A DNA stretch of 64,000 bases, taken from contig OX597814.1 of assembly GCA_951406725.2 (NCBI GenBank), positions 29,140,001 through 29,204,000 of the forward strand, read 5' to 3'. Under the pieces are notes generated by a model that was not told where the DNA came from, made no database searches, and worked only from the letters and a program-made list of their open reading frames with translations. Shown here one piece after another: positions 1-14,424 of the stretch. Within the stretch, counting starts at the first letter, position 1. Every line of letters begins with the position of its first letter. Source of the DNA: Octopus vulgaris (lineage: Eukaryota). The position numbers and the translations under genes are program-made.

Positions 1-1145
1 CACCTTAGCCTTGTGACATGGGGCATTGTCCTGCATGAATATGGGTGGTCGCTTAGTTGAATTTCTCAGCACAGGCAAGACATGATCTTTTACAAGTTGT
101 TTATAAACTCCTGCAATTACCTTTCCATGTAATCGCACCAAAGGGCCCACACCATCTCCAGATATCATCCCCCAAACCATGACACTTCCTCCACCGAATT
201 TAACACTAGTCTTAAGGCATTTAGGCGACAATTTTTCACCTACTTTTCTACGAACGTACCTTTTCCCATCTGAGCCAAATAACATAGATTCATCACTGAA
301 ATGCACCGTTTGCCATTTTTCTTGAGACCACAACACATGTTCGGCTGCAAAGGTAAGACGACACTTTTTATTCTTGGAGCTGATCAGTGGCTTCACTGCA
401 GGTGCTCTTGCTTGTAGGTCATGTTCAACTAAACGACGGGACAGTTTTTCGAGATAAAGTTTTCTTCAATACAATGCTCATTTCCCGAGAAACAGCAGCA
501 GCAGTTTTAAATCTGTCCTTTTTAACCAACTTTACCATAGCACGATCTTCTCTCTTGGTCGTTTTTCTTGGCCTACCTGTAAACTTTCTTGCTTCACACG
601 AACCACAGTCATCGTAGACCTTGTGGAAGCACTCCGTCGGTTACGACGATGAGGGTTCCGGTTGATCCGAATCAACGGAACAGCCTGCTCGTGAAATTAA
701 CGTGTAAGTGGCTGAGCACTCCACAGACACGTGCACCCTTCACGTAGTTCTCGGGGGAATATTCAGCGTGACACAGAGAGTGACAAGGCCGGCCCTTTGA
801 AATACAGGTACAACAGGAACAGGAAGTAAGAGTGAGAGAAAGTTGTGGTGAAAGAGTACAGCAGGGATCACCACCATCCCCTGCCGGAGACTCGTGGAGC
901 TTTAGGTGTTTTCGCTCAATAAGCACTCACAACGCCCGGTCTGGGAATCGAAACCGTGATCCTATGACCGCGAGTCCGCTGCCCTAACCACTGGGCCATT
1001 TCGCCTCCACATCGTAGACCTTAAGAATACCGTGTACAACACTTTTTGACTTGTTAACAATCTTTGCAATAGATCCAATACTTAAATTATCCTTCCTTCG
1101 AAGCTTAATAATCTGCTGACGAATTGGTAACGGAGTAAGTGGCAT
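1..1145 (-). pseudogene. Tc1-like DDE transposase, disrupted by a SINE and a frameshift
   Basis: Hand translation from ATG at 1145: MPLTPLPIRQQIIKLRR...GRPRKTT...WQTVHFSDES...VKFGGGSVMVWG...IFMQDNAPCHKAK. There is a frameshift near 438 and a SINE inserted at 623-1009. Confidence 0.92.
623..1009 (-). mobile_element. tRNA-derived SINE (family S3), full length with 13-bp TSD
   Basis: Head TGGAGGCGAAATGGCCCAGTGGTTAGGGCAGCGG...GGTTTCGATTCC carries Pol III A/B boxes. TSD CATCGTAGACCTT at 610-622 and 1010-1022. The same head occurs at 32217. Confidence 0.9.
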
Positions 1146-2249
1146 TATATTAACAAAGTACACTGCAAATATTCTTACTAATGTTTAGTAAACGAACCGT
1201 CACGTAAACAAATTCAAAACATTAGAGTTCGCCGGTTAAATATACTAAAACACGGAGTAAAAGCAACCGTTCTGATCATTTTGGCCGCCACTGTATGTAT
1301 GTATGTATGGATGGATGGATGGATGGATGCATATACATATATATATATAGAGAGAAAGAAATACATACATACATATTTGCTTAGGTACGTGAATTAATAC
1401 ATAACTATATGTACTTATGGTGGGGTCGTACATATTTATGTATGTGTATGTTTGCGTGTGTGCGTATGCACCGGCGAGTGTGTGTGTGTGTTGTATGTGC
1501 ATATGTATCAAATTCCAAACATATCCGTGAAGCAGTACCACAGGCCCAAATAAGTACCGGGGTTGTGTGATCGATTAAGAGCTTTAAAGTCAGTGCCCCA
1601 GCATGGCCGTGCGCCAACGACTGACATTTGTAAAACATATATATAAAAGAGCCCAAATGTCTCGATATTTCACACTGTTCAACATGCAGAAGCAAATACC
1701 ATTATTTCGCATTGCTGGCAGATTTTCTTTCAAGGCTGTACTTTCCAACAGTTATCTATATATTTGAGCTACCATTGTATATAAATAGATGCAAACACGT
1801 GTCCACAACCGCCATTTTATCGCCTTACAATAAACCAGTCATTTTCCTTCATGTTAACTTTCAAGAATTTTGATTCTTGATGTCATTTCCTCTTCTCATA
1901 TGGAGCTATTTTGTAAATGTGAAACATCCTTTACAGGCAGAGATAATTTTAAAAGGCAATAATTTTTTTTCTTTTGCATGATATTTCATATACCTTTGTT
2001 TATATTCATATCCATGTCGTTGACCTCTCTCACTAAGTTTCGTTTTGATTTACGTTTGTGTGATTACACACATACACACACACACACACATATATATATG
2101 CATATATATATAAACAAGCATATATTTTATCATATACATCTATATATGTATGTACGTATGTAGTATATATGTATGTGTGTGTATGTAAATATACATTCAT
2201 ATATCTATCTATATATATATATATATACATATATAGATACATATGTATG

Positions 2250-2296
<47 letters not shown>

Positions 2297-3119
2297 ATAT
2301 ATATGTATATATATATATGTATGTATATATATATGTATATGATACACACAGACACACACATATATATATATAAATTTATACATGTATATATATATATATT
2401 TATATATTTATATATTTATATATATATTTATATTTATATTTATATATTTATATATTTATATATATATATATATATATATGCACAGAGAGAAAGGGAGAGA
2501 GCGAAAGAAAGAGAGAGAGATGCGTTAGGTATAAGGGGTTCCAAGTATGGAACCGGCGGTACGTAAATGATATCCTTATCACTCTGCATGTTTATTTGTG
2601 TATATATACATACGTGCATTTGATTATATACATACATGCATACATATGCGCGCACATACACACACGTACATATGCATATACGCACACATATATATATATA
2701 TGTGTGTATGCGTGGATGTGTAAATGAGTGTTGATATATGTGTGTGTGTGTGTGAGTGAGATAGAGATAGATAGAGACAGAGAGAGTATACAGGCGATAC
2801 CTTTCCATATATGATGACATGTCGGCACGATACAGTGTCACAAAGCTATCTTTTAACCTCCTAAACAATAGATTCCCCTCTCGGTGAGACCGATCAACTT
2901 CCTCCCGCTATCTACAATAATAACATCAATGGGACATCAATAGGGTCGATAGAGTTATCTGCCCCTCTTCTCCAAAAAACCGGAGGTGGGGGCGTTTAAA
3001 ATACAGCGGTGGGTGGAGTGAAGGAAGATGGAAGCGGTGGGCAATTGCGTGATTCACGATCTAATGAATGAAAAGCTGCTTTAATGCAGCTTCATCATTT
3101 CAGCAGCATCTTATGGTTG

Positions 3120-5200
<2,081 letters not shown>

Positions 5201-6526
5201 AGCTGTTTTGTCTCGGGTCAGTTGTAACTGAGCAAACAAATGACCGAAACTATTTCAACTGTGAACATACACCATTTTAAGGTAGTCGCGGGCAATCTGA
5301 TGCTAATTTAGTTGCCATTTTTAGCGTGCCAAACGTCTGCGTAAAGATCCCCTTGTTAGCCCGTCGGGGCAATTGTGACTGCAGAAGTTATGCCAGAAAA
5401 GACGTGACATCGGACAATAGGATCTGGTAATTGGTTGTATATAGAGAGCGGTAACGTAGAGACAAAAGAGAAGATTTGGGGGAATAAAAGAGAGAAATAA
5501 GAAGCAAATGAGAGAAGGAGGGCGAGAAGAAGGAGAGAGAAGAAATTAGCGGAGAAAAAATGTGTGATGAAAATGAACAGTAGGTTTGGATTGGCTGGTA
5601 TAATAAAGTACTTGCTTGTGTACAAAAAAATTCTTAATCAGTTGAAATTTCCTCACATTTGGAGAAAGAACACAAAAATTTAGCGGCAATCGTTAACTCA
5701 CACTAAAAAGGAAAAATGGTTTAGAAAAATTAAGAATTAAAAAATTAAGAATTAAAAAAAATAAGAATTAAAAAATTAAGAATTAAAACAATATAATTCC
5801 CATTCATGTGGGAGAAGTCTAATCACTGTTTCGGTATTATTAGGTTTCGTCAGTGCAGTAGTTTTAACATGTAAAAAAATAGGAAAGAAAAATACGATGA
5901 CCTTGGATCGGCAGTAATTTACATAATATTAAACAAGAATGAACTAAGGGAAGTAATTCGAATAGTCCAATATCATGGAGTGAGATAAAACAACAGTTGA
6001 AATAAAACAGTACAAGATTAAAGACAAGAAATTTTCCTTATTGTCCTTTGACCTACTTCATATAACAGCTAAATCTTTGAAGAAAATCTAGCTTTCTCTC
6101 TCTCTCTCTCTCTCTCTCCTTCTCTGTCTCCAACTTTCTCTCCGGCGCGCTCTCTCTCTCTCTCATACATATCCTACCTCTCACCACCCACTTTCTCTTC
6201 CCATCTCTCTTTTCCTCGTTCTCTTTCCAGTTTTTTTTTTTTAAACAAGGAAAACGTTATATAAGTATTAAGTAACAGAATATTAGACAATCCTTGCGTC
6301 GCTATAAAGAAGACGTGACTTTTGAGCCATCAATTTATTCATGTACAAATTTGTGGTGCTGTTCAACAGCAGTAAGAGGGTAACAACAACAATACTAAGA
6401 AAGAACATGAGCAATCAGGTGTGCGTTTGCCTGTGTGTGCGTGTATATCTTCATTTATGTGTGTGTGTGCGCGCGCGTGCGTGTGTGTGTGTATTCATGC
6501 ATACATATATATATATATATATATAT

Positions 6527-6725
6527 ATTTATTATATAGAAGGAGCTTCTACAGGACTAGAACTGTTTCATTCAAGAGAAATCTTCAGGAAATCCTGAAG
6601 ATTTCTCTTGAATGAAACAGTTCTAGTCCTGTAGAAGCTCCTTCTATATAATAAATTAATTTTACTCTACTATGTATTGAGTACCTTATTTACTGTGGTT
6701 AACCCCGAATCAACCCGGGACCTAC
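6527..6725. repeat. Perfect 64-bp-arm palindrome of the family A HHR element end, in (TA)n
   Basis: 6527-6590 is the exact reverse complement of 6593-6656, with a 2-bp spacer. Each arm carries CTGAAGA...GAAACAG...CTGTA GAAGCT, as in the family A copy at 12577. Confidence 0.9.
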
Positions 6726-6760
<35 letters not shown>

Positions 6761-6889
6761 TATACACATAAACGGACCGATGCACACATTCTTATAATAA
6801 TTATATTATAATAATGTATGTTATATTAGACACGCGCACATTCACACACACACATACATACACATATAGAGACACATACATACGCATGA

Positions 6890-6944
<55 letters not shown>

Positions 6945-7865
6945 CATATACGCATACGTACGTAATTACATGCACACACATACGTACTTGCATACAGACG
7001 TCCATGCAAAATTTGAAATCGTTTTGATTGCATGAAAGAGAGAGAGAGAGAGAGAGAAAGAGAGAATGATAGGGAGAGAAAGAGAGAGAGAGACCTACAT
7101 GCAGAAACATTGACAAATAGCCAGGTAAGATTGCAAAGAGAAAGAAAACGAACGACAAATAGTAACATGTTTGATATTAGAGGGAGGGGCTAAGAAAGAC
7201 AGAGAAAGAAAGAGAAAATGAAAAAAAAAAACGAACGGATAACAGAATAGACAGAATGAAAATTAGAGATAGAGAAGTGGGGAAAAGAGAGAGAGAGAGA
7301 GAGATGGAGGGAGAGAAGTACATCTGTGAATGGATAAATTACTGCGTATTAACTGCACATCTTTGCATACATACAAAAGCAGATGCACGTGTGATGTTCG
7401 TAAGCGGATTTCGAAGTGCAGAGGTTGGACATAGACTTGTGGAAAAGAGCAACGGTAACCACATGAAATTAACAGAAACAAGACATGTGATCATATGGAA
7501 TAATGTGGCGTAAAATTAATCCAGCTTTAGGTTTCACCATATTTAGTTTGTGCGTGTGTGTAAGTGTGTATTTATGCATATGTGTATAAGTATTAATGCA
7601 TGTATGAACATAATGTATATACGTGCGTGTATGTTGTACATATATGTATGCATGCATATATGTAAATATGAATGTATGTATGTAGAAACATAGTGTATAT
7701 GTGTGTTGTGTAGACGGATCTATGTATTTATGTGATGGCTTATGGTGAGCTGAGACGTCATCTTCGCTCTGCAGCTCATTAGCATGCTGACTCCCTTCTA
7801 ATAGGTTTCTCAAAGGGTCTCCATATGTATATGTGTGTGTGTGTATGTCAACGTATGAGTGTGTA

Positions 7866-8252
7866 TTACTCTTTTACTTGTTTCAGTCATTTGACTGCGG
7901 CCATGCTGGAGCACCCACCGCCTTTAGTCGAGCAAATCGACCCCAGGACTTATTCTTTGTAAGCCCAGTACTTATTCTATCGGTCTCTTTTGCCGAACCG
8001 CTAAGTGACGGGGACGTAAATACATCAGCATCGGTTGTCAAGCAATGCTAGGGGGACAAACACAGACACACACACATATATATATATATACATATATACA
8101 ACAGGCTTCTTTCAGTTTCCGTCTACCAAATCCACTCACAAGGCATTGGTCGGCCCGGGGCTATAGCAGAAGACACTTGCCCAAGATGCCACGCAGTGGG
8201 ACTGAACCCAGAACCATGTGGTTGGTTAGCAAGCTACTTACCACACAGCCAC
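7866..8252 (-). mobile_element. SINE family S1 with an internal (TA)n(TG)n tract
   Basis: Head GTGGCTGTGTGGTAAGTAGCTTGC...GGTTCAGTCCC and tail GAAACAAGTAAAAGAGTA. More than 10 copies occur in the window. Confidence 0.9.
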
Positions 8253-8507
8253 ATGTGAATATATGTATACCAATGCTAAAAATGCTAAAAATAAAAATTA
8301 AGCACTTTTAAGAATAAAATCTGAACATTTACTGTTGGTATGACTCCATGGGATTGAAATGATGCGCAAAGATTTGTTTGCGACTAATCCAATAGCAAGG
8401 AGGAGATCCAGGATAACTGGGATCGGGGACAAGTTGCCGCATCCACGATAAGTAATGGTGTACCTTTGCAGCCAACCCGCTTGGCTTTGTCCTGTTGCAG
8501 CTAACAG

Positions 8508-8815
8508 TAACAAAAAACACTCAACTCAACTCCGAATGTCGGCCAGATGCAGAGGGTGTGTGACCAGGGCAGCCACCAGATGCCTAACAAAAAACACTCA
8601 ACTCAACTCCGAATGTCGGCCAGATGCAGAGGGCGTGTGACCAGGGCAGCCACCAAATGCCTAACAAAAAACACTCAACTCAACTCCGAATGTCGGCCAG
8701 ATGCAGAGGGTGTGTGACCAGGGCAGCCACCAGATGCCTAACAAAAAACACTCAACTCAACTCCGAATGTCGGCCAGATGCAGAGGGTGTGTGACCAGGG
8801 CAGCCACCAGATGCC
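8508..8815. repeat. Minisatellite, 4 x 77 bp
   Basis: Units TAACAAAAAACACTCAACTCAACTCCGAATG...CAGATGCC start at 8508, 8585, 8662 and 8739 and are nearly identical. Confidence 0.95.
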
Positions 8816-9281
8816 GGAACAGGCGCTCTTCTTGATTTAGGGAATGAAGGAAGACAAGGCAGGGCTTAGTCTACATGGTAGATAACCTATAGTTGGGACC
8901 CTGACAGGTGCTACTACTCTGGGTCAGAATAGACCTGAGAACAGCAGTGGCTAAGGGATGGTTACATACTCCTCAAAACCCTGGAACTCACACACTAGGG
9001 TCCCACTACCGGGTACAGTTTAAAGTTGTACTCAGGAGACGCCATACAGATGATAGAGTCGAATTCATTATGAATAAGTTGACCACACATGCACACACAC
9101 ATTCATACATACACACGGACACACACACACATGCACGTACGTACCTGTGTGTGTATGCATGTATGTATGTATGCATGCATGCATGTATGTATATATGTAT
9201 GTGTGTATGTATGTGTGTATGTATGTATGTGTGTATGTATGTATGTATGTATGTATGTATGTATGTATGTATGTATGTATG

Positions 9282-9315
<34 letters not shown>

Positions 9316-9499
9316 TGTATGTATGTATGTATGTATGTATAAAGACGCGTGTTTTAATAGGTACGACTTTACATTCATGATCGTAAGATTGTTGTTTCAA
9401 TTCCTGGATCGGACAATGCGTTGTATTCTTGAGCATAACACTACATTTCTCGTCGCTCCAGTCCTGCGAAGGACCGGCGTCCTATCCAGGAAGTGAGAA

Positions 9500-9989
9500 A
9501 CAGAAGTTATGTTGCAAGATGCACTGGGAAAAGCATATATCTTAAATCAAAGATCTTAATAGGAGTTAAATAATTAGAAGTGGTGAAGTATTGAAATGTT
9601 GTGTTGAAGAGGTGAATGATCGAATGGAAATGTAATTTTTGCATTTTTCATATCTATCTAACTCCGAAACGCGTCCACGGGTAATCAAATGCCGAGTGAA
9701 TTTCGTTGTTTTTCCTCTCTGCCTACGTGAATTGTTTTGAGTATATGTTGTCTGGGAGTTTCTTCTTATAGTAGAGGAAATAGCTAGGTTCTTTGGCTGC
9801 TATTTCTAAAGTTCGGTATGTGGTGAAGCAAATTTTTTTGCTGAACCCTAATTATAATTATACTCATAATTATAAAAAGTATTCTTTAAGTTTACCGAAC
9901 ATGGTCCTTTTAACATGCTGAATACTACTTGATGGAATTATTAATTAATTAATTAATTAATTAATTTTACCCTTTATTATTATTGATTA

Positions 9990-9992
<3 letters not shown>
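9500..9992 (+). mobile_element. HHR-containing non-coding element, family C (divergent copy)
   Basis: Its reverse complement aligns by eye with the 547-bp unit: AGGGTAAAATTAATTAATT...TTCAG(C/T)ATG...GGACCAT...TTAGAAATAGCAGC. It ends in (TA)n. Confidence 0.7.
9599..9680 (+). ncRNA. Type I hammerhead ribozyme motif, C3U variant with long stem II
   Basis: TTGTG-TTGAAGA-GG...(hairpin GGAAATGTAA/TTGCATTTTT)...CC-GAAAC-GC-GTC-CACGG. Stem I is TTGTG/CACGG. Confidence 0.6.
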
Positions 9993-10038
<46 letters not shown>

Positions 10039-10046
10039 CACACATA

Positions 10047-10188
10047 GCCGTAGGAGTGGCTGTGTGGTAAGTAGCTTGCTTACCAGCCACATGACACCTT
10101 GGGCAAGTGTCTTCTACTATAGCCTCGGGCCGACCAAAGCCTTGTGAGTGGATTTGGTAGACAGAAACTGAAAGAAACCAGTCGTATA
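10047..10188 (+). mobile_element. SINE S1, 5' half with internal deletion
   Basis: GGAGTGGCTGTGTGGTAAGTAGCTTGC...GAAACTGAAAGAA, matching other S1 copies. Confidence 0.85.
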
Positions 10189-10213
10189 TATGTATATATA
10201 TATATATATATAT

Positions 10214-10533
10214 ATCTTCAGGAAGCTAGTTAACAAGAATTGTATTGGCATTTATACATTTAGGCAGGTTTAAAGGGGTGGTGATGGGGGACTTTTGGGG
10301 GGTAGGCATAGCGCAAAATATCATACTTGGGGGAGTGGTCAAGGAGTCAGTGGTAAATTAGATAAAAGAATAAATAAAAAAATAAAAAAATATATATATA
10401 AAAGAATAGAGTTTCAGGTAAATAAGGAGATACTCACTTATACCCATACACATATGTATACATATATACACACACATACATACATATATACATACACACA
10501 TACATACACACACACATACATATATATACACAT

Positions 10534-10595
<62 letters not shown>

Positions 10596-10818
10596 ATATA
10601 TGTGTGTATGTATATGTATGTATATATATATATGTGTGTGTATGTGTATGTGTATATGTACATATACGTGTACGCTCGTGTGTTTATGTATATGTAGGTA
10701 CGTAGAGTTATCTATGTGTGTATGTATATGTACATATGTGTAAGTATGTATATATATATGTGTATGTGTATGTGTGTATATATATATATATATATGTATA
10801 TGTATATATATATATGTA

Positions 10819-10863
<45 letters not shown>

Positions 10864-11229
10864 AAGTTTATATGTATGTATCCGTTTATATAATGGGTAA
10901 CTGCACGTACATATACTTAATATTTATTATTTATTTTTTGAGTATGCATGTATGAATAACTGCGCGTATATATATTTTATTATTTACTTATTTTTTGAGT
11001 ATGCATGTAAGTATGAATATAAGGAGGCGCGTGTGTGTGTGTGTATATGTAAGCATAGATATATGTATACTTTTACGCATGTATGTACTTATGTGTATAT
11101 ATGGATGCGCGTGTGTGTGTGTGTGTATGGGTACGCATGTACATGTGTATGTGCGTGTATGTGTATATGTGTATGTATGTATGTGTGTGCGTATATTTGT
11201 ATATGTGTGTATGTATATGTATGTATGTG

Positions 11230-11276
<47 letters not shown>

Positions 11277-11477
11277 ATGTATATGTGTATGTGTATGTAT
11301 TTGTATGTGTATGCATGCGCGTATATATATATATATGTATGTATATGTATACGTGTGGGTGTGTGTATGTGTATAAATGTATGTATGTATGGATGTATGG
11401 ATGTATGTATGTATGTATACGTATGTATGTGTATGTGTGTATATGTATGTATGTGTATGTGTGTATATATATATGTG

Positions 11478-11568
<91 letters not shown>

Positions 11569-11971
11569 TTGTATGTAGGTGTATATGTATGTGTGTGTAT
11601 ATATATTTATTGGTGTATATGTATAGACTAGCCTTCTAAGAGTGTAGACATGAATCTGTAGGTACGCGTACGTATGTGTATATACGTGAATGTATGTAGA
11701 TGTATGTATGTATGAATATAACGCGTGCGTGCGTGTATGTGTATGAGTGTACGAATGAGTGAGTGTACGTGCTAATGAGTGTGCGTGCGTGAATGAGTGC
11801 TTGTTTTCAAGTAGACAGATAAATGGACTTGCTGTCATAGCCAAGATGCTTGGGACCAGCGGTCAAAGATAACAAAAGTAATAAATGAAGATAATAAAAT
11901 TAAAATTAGGGGAATGGGTCTGTATTTGTATGTATATATATGTGTGTATGTGTAGGTATGTATAGGTACAC

Positions 11972-12013
<42 letters not shown>

Positions 12014-12715
12014 GTATGTATATGTATATATATGTGTGTATGTGTATATATGTGTATATAGGGACTAGTGTGCTGCGTGTGCATGTGTGTATGTGGATAT
12101 GTGTGTGTATGCGTGTATGTGTATGTGTGTGTATGTATATATATTTTTCTGTGTGTATATGTATGTGTGGTCGTGTGTGTATATATACATGTGTGTATAA
12201 GTGTATGCATGTGAGTGAGTGTATGTATATGTATATGTGTATGTGTAGATATGTATATGTATGTGTATGTGTATATATATGTATGTGTGTGTGTGTGTAT
12301 GTATGTGTGTATGTATATATGTATGTATGTGTGTGTATATATGTATACATATGTGTATGGGTATAAGTGAGTATCTCCTTATTTACCTAAAACTCTATTC
12401 TTTTTTATATATATTTTTTTATTTTTTTATTTATTCTTTTATCTAATTTACCACTGACTCCTTGACCACTCCCCCAAGTATGATATTTTGCGCTATGCCT
12501 ACCCCCAAAAAGTCCCCCACCACCACCCCTTTAAACCTGCCTAAATGTATAAATGCCAATACAATTCTTGTTAACTAGCTTCCTGAAGATTTCTCTTGAA
12601 TGAAACAGTTCTAGTCCTGTAGAAGCTCCTTCTATATAATAAATTAATTTTACTCTGCTATGTATTGAGTACCTTATTTACTGTGGTTAACCCCGAATCA
12701 ACCCGGGACCTACAT
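10214..12715. mobile_element. Family A HHR element with inverted terminal copy (Penelope pLTR-like arrangement)
   Basis: 10214-10460 is the reverse complement of about 12345-12590. The right copy continues through a complete HHR to 12715. The interior is mostly (TA/TG)n. Confidence 0.75.
12577..12627 (+). ncRNA. Type I hammerhead ribozyme, family A
   Basis: AGCTTC-CTGAAGA-T TTC TCTT GAA T-GAA ACAG TTCTAGTC CTGT A-GAAGCT. Stem I is 6 bp, stem III is ACAG/CTGT, and the triplet is GUA. Confidence 0.75.
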
Positions 12716-12720
12716 ATATA

Positions 12721-12786
<66 letters not shown>

Positions 12787-13068
12787 TACCGGAGTAAACA
12801 CATAAATGTGAAACAAATTGGAAAAAGAGTACTACCAGTGGTAGAGTAATATGCTTTATTTAAAGCAGTAGAAAATTCAACAAAACCTGTTACTCTGATA
12901 TAATTAATACATGGAAATTGAAATAAAAATGTTAAAATGCATTAAAATATTCATATTAAAATATTCATATTAATTTCAATTTTGATGTATTAATTATATT
13001 TCCTTCATTAAGGTCAATATGTATTTTATTCAATGTAAGGTTTTTCCTCGAATTTTATAATTTTTATA

Positions 13069-13107
<39 letters not shown>

Positions 13108-13114
<7 letters not shown>

Positions 13115-13400
13115 AATCCAAACGGGGAAACAAAAAAACAACAACAATGGAACAATTACAGTATTATTATTAATAGGCGCTCAGGAAATGGAAGCAGGAG
13201 GGTATGACGTTTCGAGCGGAGCTCTTCGTCGGAAACATAAAGAAGGAAGAGAGAGGAAAGAAAGATCCCAAAGCGGGCAACAGGGATAGAGAAAAAAAAC
13301 GACTGGTGTTTACGAGTTACACATGGTGAAAGGCGGAAGTTTACGATAACAAGAGCAAAGTAGGTTTTTAAAGGCAAAAGAGTGGAGACAAGGTTGGTAA
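13108..13400 (-). mobile_element. Family B HHR element
   Basis: Homologous to 44500-44740, 50717-50820 and 60941-61073, sharing TTCCTGAGCG...GTTCCA...TTGTTG...GTTTGGATTAA. Confidence 0.75.
13202..13236 (-). ncRNA. Minimal hammerhead motif, family B (U4C core)
   Basis: GTTT-CCGACGA-A GAGC TCC GCTC-GAAAC-GTC-ATAC, with a palindromic ACGT stem III. Confidence 0.55.
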
Positions 13401-13587
13401 CGCAACAGATGTGTGTGTATGTGTGAGTGTGTGCGTGTGCGTGTATATATATTTAGCTCATTTTTGTTTATCGCTCGAAAATTGACCGTTATTTCTAAAG
13501 GGCCAATCAAACAAGTCCATTTTTAAAGGTGTAGCGTTTGTAATAGTCTGGATAGAATTGACATATCGGTTCCATTCTAGCAAAAAA

Positions 13588-13623
13588 TGTCCGATGAACG
13601 GCAACGGGAAACTCAGAGTAACA
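13588..13623 (+). ncRNA. Minimal hammerhead motif
   Basis: TGT-CCGATGA-A CG GCAA CG G-GAAAC TCAGA GTA-ACA. An inverted partial copy of its 3' flank lies at about 12853-12898. Confidence 0.55.
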
Positions 13624-13699
13624 GGTTTTGTTGAATTTTCTGCTGCTTTAAATAAAGTATATATATATATATATATATTTATATATGTATGTGTGTTTA

Positions 13700-13858
13700 T
13701 ATGTTTGTGTGTCTATGTTTGTCCCCCAACATCGCTTGACAACCGATGCTGTTTACGTCCCCGTAACCTAGCGGTTCGGTAAAAGAGACCGATAGAATAA
13801 GTACAAGGCGGTGCTCCAGCATGGCCACAGTCAAATGACTGAAACAAGTAAAAGAGTA
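13700..13858 (+). mobile_element. SINE S1, 3' part
   Basis: TTTGTCCCC...GACAACCGATG...GAAACAAGTAAAAGAGTA. Confidence 0.85.
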
Positions 13859-14424
13859 CACATATACATACATATGCGTATGCATAGAGTAATATAAATA
13901 TATATGTGTGCATGCAGTGCACGTGCAGGCGTGTATGTCGTATGTGTATGTATATATGTATGTGTGTATGTATAACTCGCAGTCGGCGACAATTCAAAAT
14001 GTCCACACGGCTAGAATTAAAGGTCGAGTCACTGAACTGTTTGGTAGAGTGACTGCTTTGTTTCATAGTATCCATCATCAAACTCAAGTTAATCATTGCT
14101 CAGTTGAAATCTGTCGTAATCTGTCGTAATCTCCTGAAATCTGTACAAATTTTTCCCAGATTACAACATGGTTAATTCATTTTGATTTTGCACGGAAGTA
14201 GCTTCGGAGATATGATTCGGGCTAAGTTCACAGTGTGTTGTCATGAAGACTTACTTTAACAAAACACTGTAAGAATGAAAGGTTGATTCGACCCTGACGG
14301 GTTCCCCCCTCAGCCCAATTCAGCAGTTGCGGGTTCAAATACTACTAACTTCGACTCCCTTGTGACAAAGACCGAAAGAAGAGAAGGTGAAATGTAGGAG
14401 GACGGAGAGAAGGGGAAAGGATAC

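Larger units (their letters stand above)
1..1293 (-). mobile_element. Tc1-family DNA transposon, 5' part; runs off the window edge
   Basis: The minus-strand end reads TA|CAGTGGCGGCCAAAATGATCAGAACGG, a Tc1-type TIR, with TA at 1294-1295. It is followed by a transposase reading frame. Confidence 0.9.

Noticed and set aside
7745-7790. HHR-like CTAATGA-GCTGCAGAGC-GAAG on the minus strand
   Set aside because: Two core mismatches and no credible stem I.
8508-8815. CRISPR-like periodicity
   Set aside because: The units are contiguous with no unique spacers, and the context is eukaryotic.
10952-12446. Many YI/CV/HT-rich ORFs, here and throughout the window
   Set aside because: Dinucleotide microsatellite artefacts.
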